Shown here piece after piece: positions 58,998 to 64,000 of a stretch of 64,000 nucleotides of DNA. Every line of letters starts with the position of its first letter. Positions within the stretch are counted from its first letter, which is position 1. A program made the position numbers and the translations under genes. The notes beneath the pieces were generated by a model. The model saw nothing but the letters and a program-made list of their open reading frames with translations. It did not search any database and was not told the origin of the DNA. Location: contig CM060733.1 in assembly GCA_030704615.1 (NCBI GenBank), forward strand, positions 2,604,001 through 2,668,000. The letters run 5' to 3'. This DNA comes from Takakia lepidozioides (taxonomy: Eukaryota; Plantae; Bryophyta).

Positions 58998-59640
58998 AAT
59001 TCCAGCTTTGATGATATCCCCATGCATTTTTTTTCCCTTCTCCAGAGCTGCCAGGCTTGCACAAGCATTGCAAACGTACACAAACATGATGTGTTTTCCC
59101 CATCATTTGCTCATAGGTCTCCAAAGCCTCCATCCCACGTCCCTGTTGTGCATACCCTGCAAGCATCGCACTCGACGACACCACATCTGGTTCAGCCATA
59201 CTGTCAAACACTCCCTTTGCATCCTAGATGCACCCACATTTTGCAAACATGTCCACCAGGGTATTGTTCGGAAATGACATCTGGTACAATTTCAACTCTG
59301 AAGATGTCGCCATGGACCTCTTCTTTTTTTCCAAAGCTGCCAGGGTAGTGTTCAATACCCTGGTGGACATGTTTGCAAAATGTGGGTGCATCTAGGATGC
59401 AAAGGGAGTGTTCGACATTATGGCTGAACCAGATGTGGTGTCGTGGAGTGCATTAATGCTTGCAGGGTGTGCACAACAAGGACGTGGGATGGAGGCTTTG
59501 GAGACGTATGAGCGAATGATGGAGGAAGCACATCATGTTTGTGTGCATTTGCAATGCTTGTGCAAGCTTGGCAGCCTTGGAAAATGGCAAAGAGGTGCAT
59601 GGGGATATCATCAAAGCTGGAATTGTACCAAATGTCAATC
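58998..59640. repeat. Inverted duplication of one PPR triplet (arms ~58998-59266 and ~59353-59640)
   Basis: ctttgcatcctagatgcacccacattttgcaaacatgtccaccagggtattg versus caataccctggtggacatgtttgcaaaatgtgggtgcatctaggatgcaaag; similarity continues over ~270 bp. Confidence 0.92.
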
Positions 59641-61167
59641 CATCTGGTACAATTCCAGCTCTGAAGATGTCGCCATGGACCTCTTTCCCCTTTTCCACAG
59701 CTGCCAGGGCAGTGTTTAAAATGATATTTGGTACAATTCCAGCTTTGACGATATTCCTATGCACCTCTTTGCCCTTCTCTAGGGCTGCCAGGCTTGCACG
59801 ACGCCACATCTTGTTCAGCCATAGTGTCGGACACTCCCTTTGCATCCTAGATGCACCCATATTTTGCAAACATGTCCACCAGGGTATTGTTCAGAATGAA
59901 ATCTGGTACAATTCCAGCTCTGAAGATGTCGCCATGGACCTCTTTCCCCTTTTCCAGAGCTGCCAGGGCAGTATTCAGAATGACGTTTGGTACAATTCCA
60001 GCTTTGATGATATCCCCATGCACCTTTGCCCTTCTCCAGGGCTGTCAGGCTTGCACAAACATTGCGAATGCACACAAACATAATGTGCTTCCCCCATCAT
60101 TTGCTTATAGGTCTCCAAAGCCTCCATCCCACGACCCTGCTGTACATACCCTGCAAGCATCGCACTCCGCGACACCACATCTCATAGGTCTCCAAATCCT
60201 CCTTCCCACGTCCTTGTTGTGCATACCTTGCAAGCATCGCACTCCACGACACCACATCTCGTTCAGCCATAGTGTCAAACACTCCCTTTGTATCCTTGAT
60301 GCACCCACATTTTGCATACATGTCCACTAGGGCAGTGTTTAGAATGACATTTGGTACAATTCCAGCTCTGACGATGTCGCCATGGATATCCGGTACACTT
60401 CTAGCTTTGAAGATGTCACCATGGACCTCTTTTTCCCCTTTTCCAGGGCTCTCAGGCTTGCACACGCATTGCAAACACAAACAATCGTGATGTGGTTCGG
60501 CTTCACCCCTTCGTGCATCATTTGCTTATCCAAAGCATCGTATCACATACATATTTGAATCTGTTGAGATGCTCCTTGGTTTAAAGTCTGCAGAGCCTCT
60601 TTCAGTCTGCCTACCTCACAAAGCATCTTCACATGCCCAAAAGAGCCAAAAGAGGCATTATGGACTCCCTCTCTTTATCCTCTTTCAGAAGCCAATGAGC
60701 TAACTTACAAAATTCAGTATGCACCTCAGGGCCGAGCCTCCATCCCGCGCCCAAGCTGTGCATATCGTGCGATCATGGCGTTACAAGACACGACATCTCC
60801 TTCAGTCACATTGTCGAACACTCCCTTTGCATCCTCGATGCACCCACAATTGGCATACATGTCCACGAGGGTATTGTTCAGAACAATATCTAGTTCAATT
60901 CCTACTTTGATGATGTCACCATGGACCTCTCTGCCCTTTTCCAGGGCTGCTAGGCTTGTACACGCATTGCAGACACAAATAAAGGTGATGTGATTGGGCT
61001 TCACCCCTTCCCACCATTTTCTCATAGGTCTCCAAAGCCTCCATCCCGCACCCATGTTGTGCATATCCTGCAATCATTGCACTCTAAGACACCACATTTT
61101 GTTCAGCCATTAGGTCGAACACTCCCTTTGCATCCTCAATGCACCCACATTTAGCATACATGTCCAC

Positions 61168-64000
61168 TGTCACGCACCTCACTTCGGTAAGCTCCCCTTC
61201 AAGTCATAGTTAATCGCTTTGATGCGCGCGCCTAACTCCCAACCTGGCCGCCGGGCCTTCTTGGAGCTTCGGATGCTCATCGAGACATAACGGTCCCCCT
61301 TTACTCTTCCAAAAGACCCTCCACCAATTTGGGCCTAGTGGAAATTCCCTTTGGTAGATAGCAGTCCAGAATAGCTCCCCACTCCTTGGTCGCTTTCCGG
61401 CTCGCTCACTTACTCACTAGTTTTTGGTCACCAACGGGCTTGCACCGTTCTCGGGGTTACTACTCCCTATATATACTTCTTGTGACTGTCCGCGGGGGTT
61501 TCACAAACAACCATGCCATTTTATGGCGAACCACCACGAAGACCCTCGACTCCCGGTGGTGAGTCGCGGTGAGTCTTGGCCCACCCACCACGGCCCCATT
61601 GGACCGTGATGAGTCCCAAGACTCCCCACGACTCCCACCACAAGGTCTCCGCCCCATGGTGAGTCCTATGCCACCCCCACTAGGTCCCGCTAAGCTACCA
61701 CCGCCCCTTGGGGAGCCACCCCCACCGCAACCCGGTATGCGGGGCTCCAGCTAGTGAGCGCCTCTGCCTCCTTGAGTGCCTTAGGCACTCAAGGGTGCTT
61801 CAGCCCCCCGTACCTATCGCTGCCACTGCCCCCACCACAGGGGCAGCCCCTCCTGCGTCCCGACCCCCCCTCAAGGCAAAGGGCCCGCGATACACACCCC
61901 TACCAACAGGGAGTCGATGTCCTCATCGACTTGTCCATTTTGTAGAAACGAACATCCAGGTTGTGGCGTCCCACATCAAGGAGTTTGTTTCCATACCATG
62001 GCGTCCCATGACAATGAACCAAACCCCACACTTGACTCTACTCTCCACTAGCTAGTTCGGCCGACTTCCTCCAAGTCCCGGTCAAGGGTGGAGCCTCTCA
62101 AGCCCCACCCAGTGCACTCTTCTTGGCCTACTTCAAGGCCAAGGAACGATCCTCCCCGAAGATCGAATCACCTTACTACAACAACATTGCTTGTGTCCGC
62201 TCATGATGCCGCTTTTGGCATCACCTTGAGCAAGGGTTCACCTTGACCCTTTTTTTACTAGGAAGATAACCTTGAACCAACTGTGCGCCCCAATCACTAC
62301 AATTGGGTCCGCCTTGGAATCTGTCCTGAGGTACGGGAACACGCCGAAGTCGCACTACGACTTCGTCCCGAGGCTACACGATTATAGTACATGAATGGAG
62401 CACGTAGCTTCCGCGTTAACCCGCACTACAAGGCAACCCCCTCGGTAGTGCAGTTATAGTACGTGCACGCGTCATGTGCGCACTAGCGCGTGAACTCCCA
62501 AAGAAGGCGCAAGTTTCCTTGCCCCTTGGATGGGAGTCACCCGATTTCGGCACTGCGCAAACACACGATTAATCCGACATGACTGCAAATTTCATTAATA
62601 TAAAAAATATATTTTTCCTGATTTTTGGAATCAGCCTATAAATCGGCGTGAAACCCGGAGTTCACTTCTGCGACTTGTATACTCCATCATTTATGCCAGC
62701 GTGGCATAAAAACGACTGCAACAACTGACAAGTCGTCATTCACAACCTGGAGTTACACACGCAGTCGTTTCGGACAGAATCGCAACGCGAGTCAGGTGCG
62801 AAAAGCACCCATTCCTTGTAGTGAAACAAGAGACCAGACTAGAGGTGCAAGACTAGATAGGAAGTCAAGGTCGGCGTGGCCGAATGCATGATGAGTAAAC
62901 AGAAATCAAGATGATCTTTATAACAATGGAAAAGAGTACAAGATACTGGAACTAGACTTGAATACTGGAATGCTGGAAACTGGACTAGAGTGCCAGATAC
63001 TGGAAACTGGGCTAGAGTACTGGAAGCTGAACTGGAGTACTGGGACTGGAAACAAGAGTAGCTTGAACTTGTGTTGGCGAGACTGAAGAGTGTCCAGTCT
63101 CGCTTCTTATATATACTGGCTATTAGGAAGTTCCCTAGGAAGCTTCCCCAATGGAGGTTTCTTGATGGAGAAGTTTCGTTAAACAAAGCCTAAAGGAGGT
63201 ATCTCCATGGAGAAGTTTCCTCCAAAGGAAGCTTCCTGAGCAGTTTCCTAAATCCCAAGTTATTCTCAATAATTTGGTAAACTCCCGATAACTTGGTAAC
63301 TAATGGTAACTTATGGTAAATCATGATAAATCATGGTAAATTATGGTAGTTTTTGATAACATGGTAACTTGATAATTTCTGGTATTTACTCCTGGTAAGT
63401 TCTTCTGGGCTATGTCCGTGACATCACCCCTTCTTCTAGCGCCGAGTTCCTCGAGGAGCGGTAAAATCTTGGACTTGCTTAGAGTTGGAGAAAATCTGAA
63501 ATCCGGCGAATGATACTTGTCAAGTATTCGGCTCTTCGTTCTTGATTCAAATGATTTATACGTCCCTGCAACCATCGATAGTGTCCAATACCTTGAACTT
63601 GGGACCACGCAGTGATTTGAGCATTCTGATTTTCAAAGCTGCCTTCAAACATGATTTCGTTGCCCTCTGGGTTCGAAGCCTCAACCTCACATAGGATTAT
63701 CAGACTTCGAGTAGGCTCCACTTGCCGTCGTACGGGGTCCAGACGAGGAAGTACGCGTTGCATTGGTGGCCCATCGTCTCGAGAGCGTCGGTGTGATGTT
63801 GAAGGTCGTGAGAGTCAGAACGGCTGATCTGGTAGTTGGGTAAGCGACAGCTCCAATGTATCTGATTCCTGTGACTCTGTGTTGCCAATACAAGATACAA
63901 TAGTGCTGAAAATGTAGCTATATATACTGATGGGTGGTGCTCATCTCTTCTTAGCGTGTATCAGGTATACTGAATGTGGAGTCTTCACCTTCAAGCTAAC
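61168..64000 (-). mobile_element. 3' end of an LTR retrotransposon (probably Ty3/gypsy): internal region, PPT and 3' LTR, possibly nested
   Basis: Minus-strand purine tract ctagaagaaggggtga lies immediately before TGTCACGG (63423). The PPR frame is cut at 61167 by TGTCACG, an inverted match to CGTGACA at 63417-63423. An alternative LTR end is at 62322 (tgtcc). There is a weak chromodomain-like remnant at ~63450-63610. Confidence 0.7.

Larger units (their letters stand above)
57062..61167 (-). pseudogene. Scrambled PLS-class (E subgroup) PPR pseudogene(s)
   Basis: Repeated P-L-S triplets (NTLVDMYAKCGCIEDAKGVF / DVVSWSAMLAGYAQQGRG / GVKPNHITF...ACASLAALEKGKEVH), E domain VVWKALLGAC...YVLLSNIYAAAGRW and PG box EPGRYCIEV. 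Frameshifts, deletions, an inversion and TE insertions; no DYW domain visible. Confidence 0.9.

Noticed and set aside
61168-61505. Solo LTR (TGTCAC…TTCACA)
   Set aside because: The flanks (tccac / aacaa) do not form a TSD, PPR sequence does not resume, and there is no PBS or PPT.

Overview
Eukaryotic nuclear DNA from a land plant, probably a non-seed lineage (bryophyte, lycophyte or fern); this is inferred from the PLS-class PPR debris, the hAT type and the gene set. There are six intron-containing genes whose exons I assembled by hand from GT/GC-AG junctions: a plastid-type NOG1-family GTPase (minus strand, runs off the left edge), a secreted purple acid phosphatase (minus), TFIIH subunit 5 (plus), leaf-type FNR (plus), glyoxalase II (plus) and an F-box + transglutaminase-like(SirB1) + YccV protein with the FBXO21 architecture (plus). 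The mobile fraction comprises a near full-length degenerate L1 LINE (19.0-25.8 kb), a second L1 ORF1 relic (13.5-14.9 kb), many RTE-like LINE 3' fragments in introns, nested MITEs, a decayed hAT transposase, a 1.1-kb non-autonomous CACTA element with TSD, and the 3' end of an LTR retrotransposon. A scrambled PLS-E PPR pseudogene array (57.1-61.2 kb) contains an inverted duplication able to form a long hairpin. The most notable leads are the plant FBXO21-like gene, a conserved extra C-terminal region (possibly Nudix-like) on L1 ORF1, a PTS1-like tail on glyoxalase II, and the PPR hairpin. No database searches were run; all family calls come from motif recognition.
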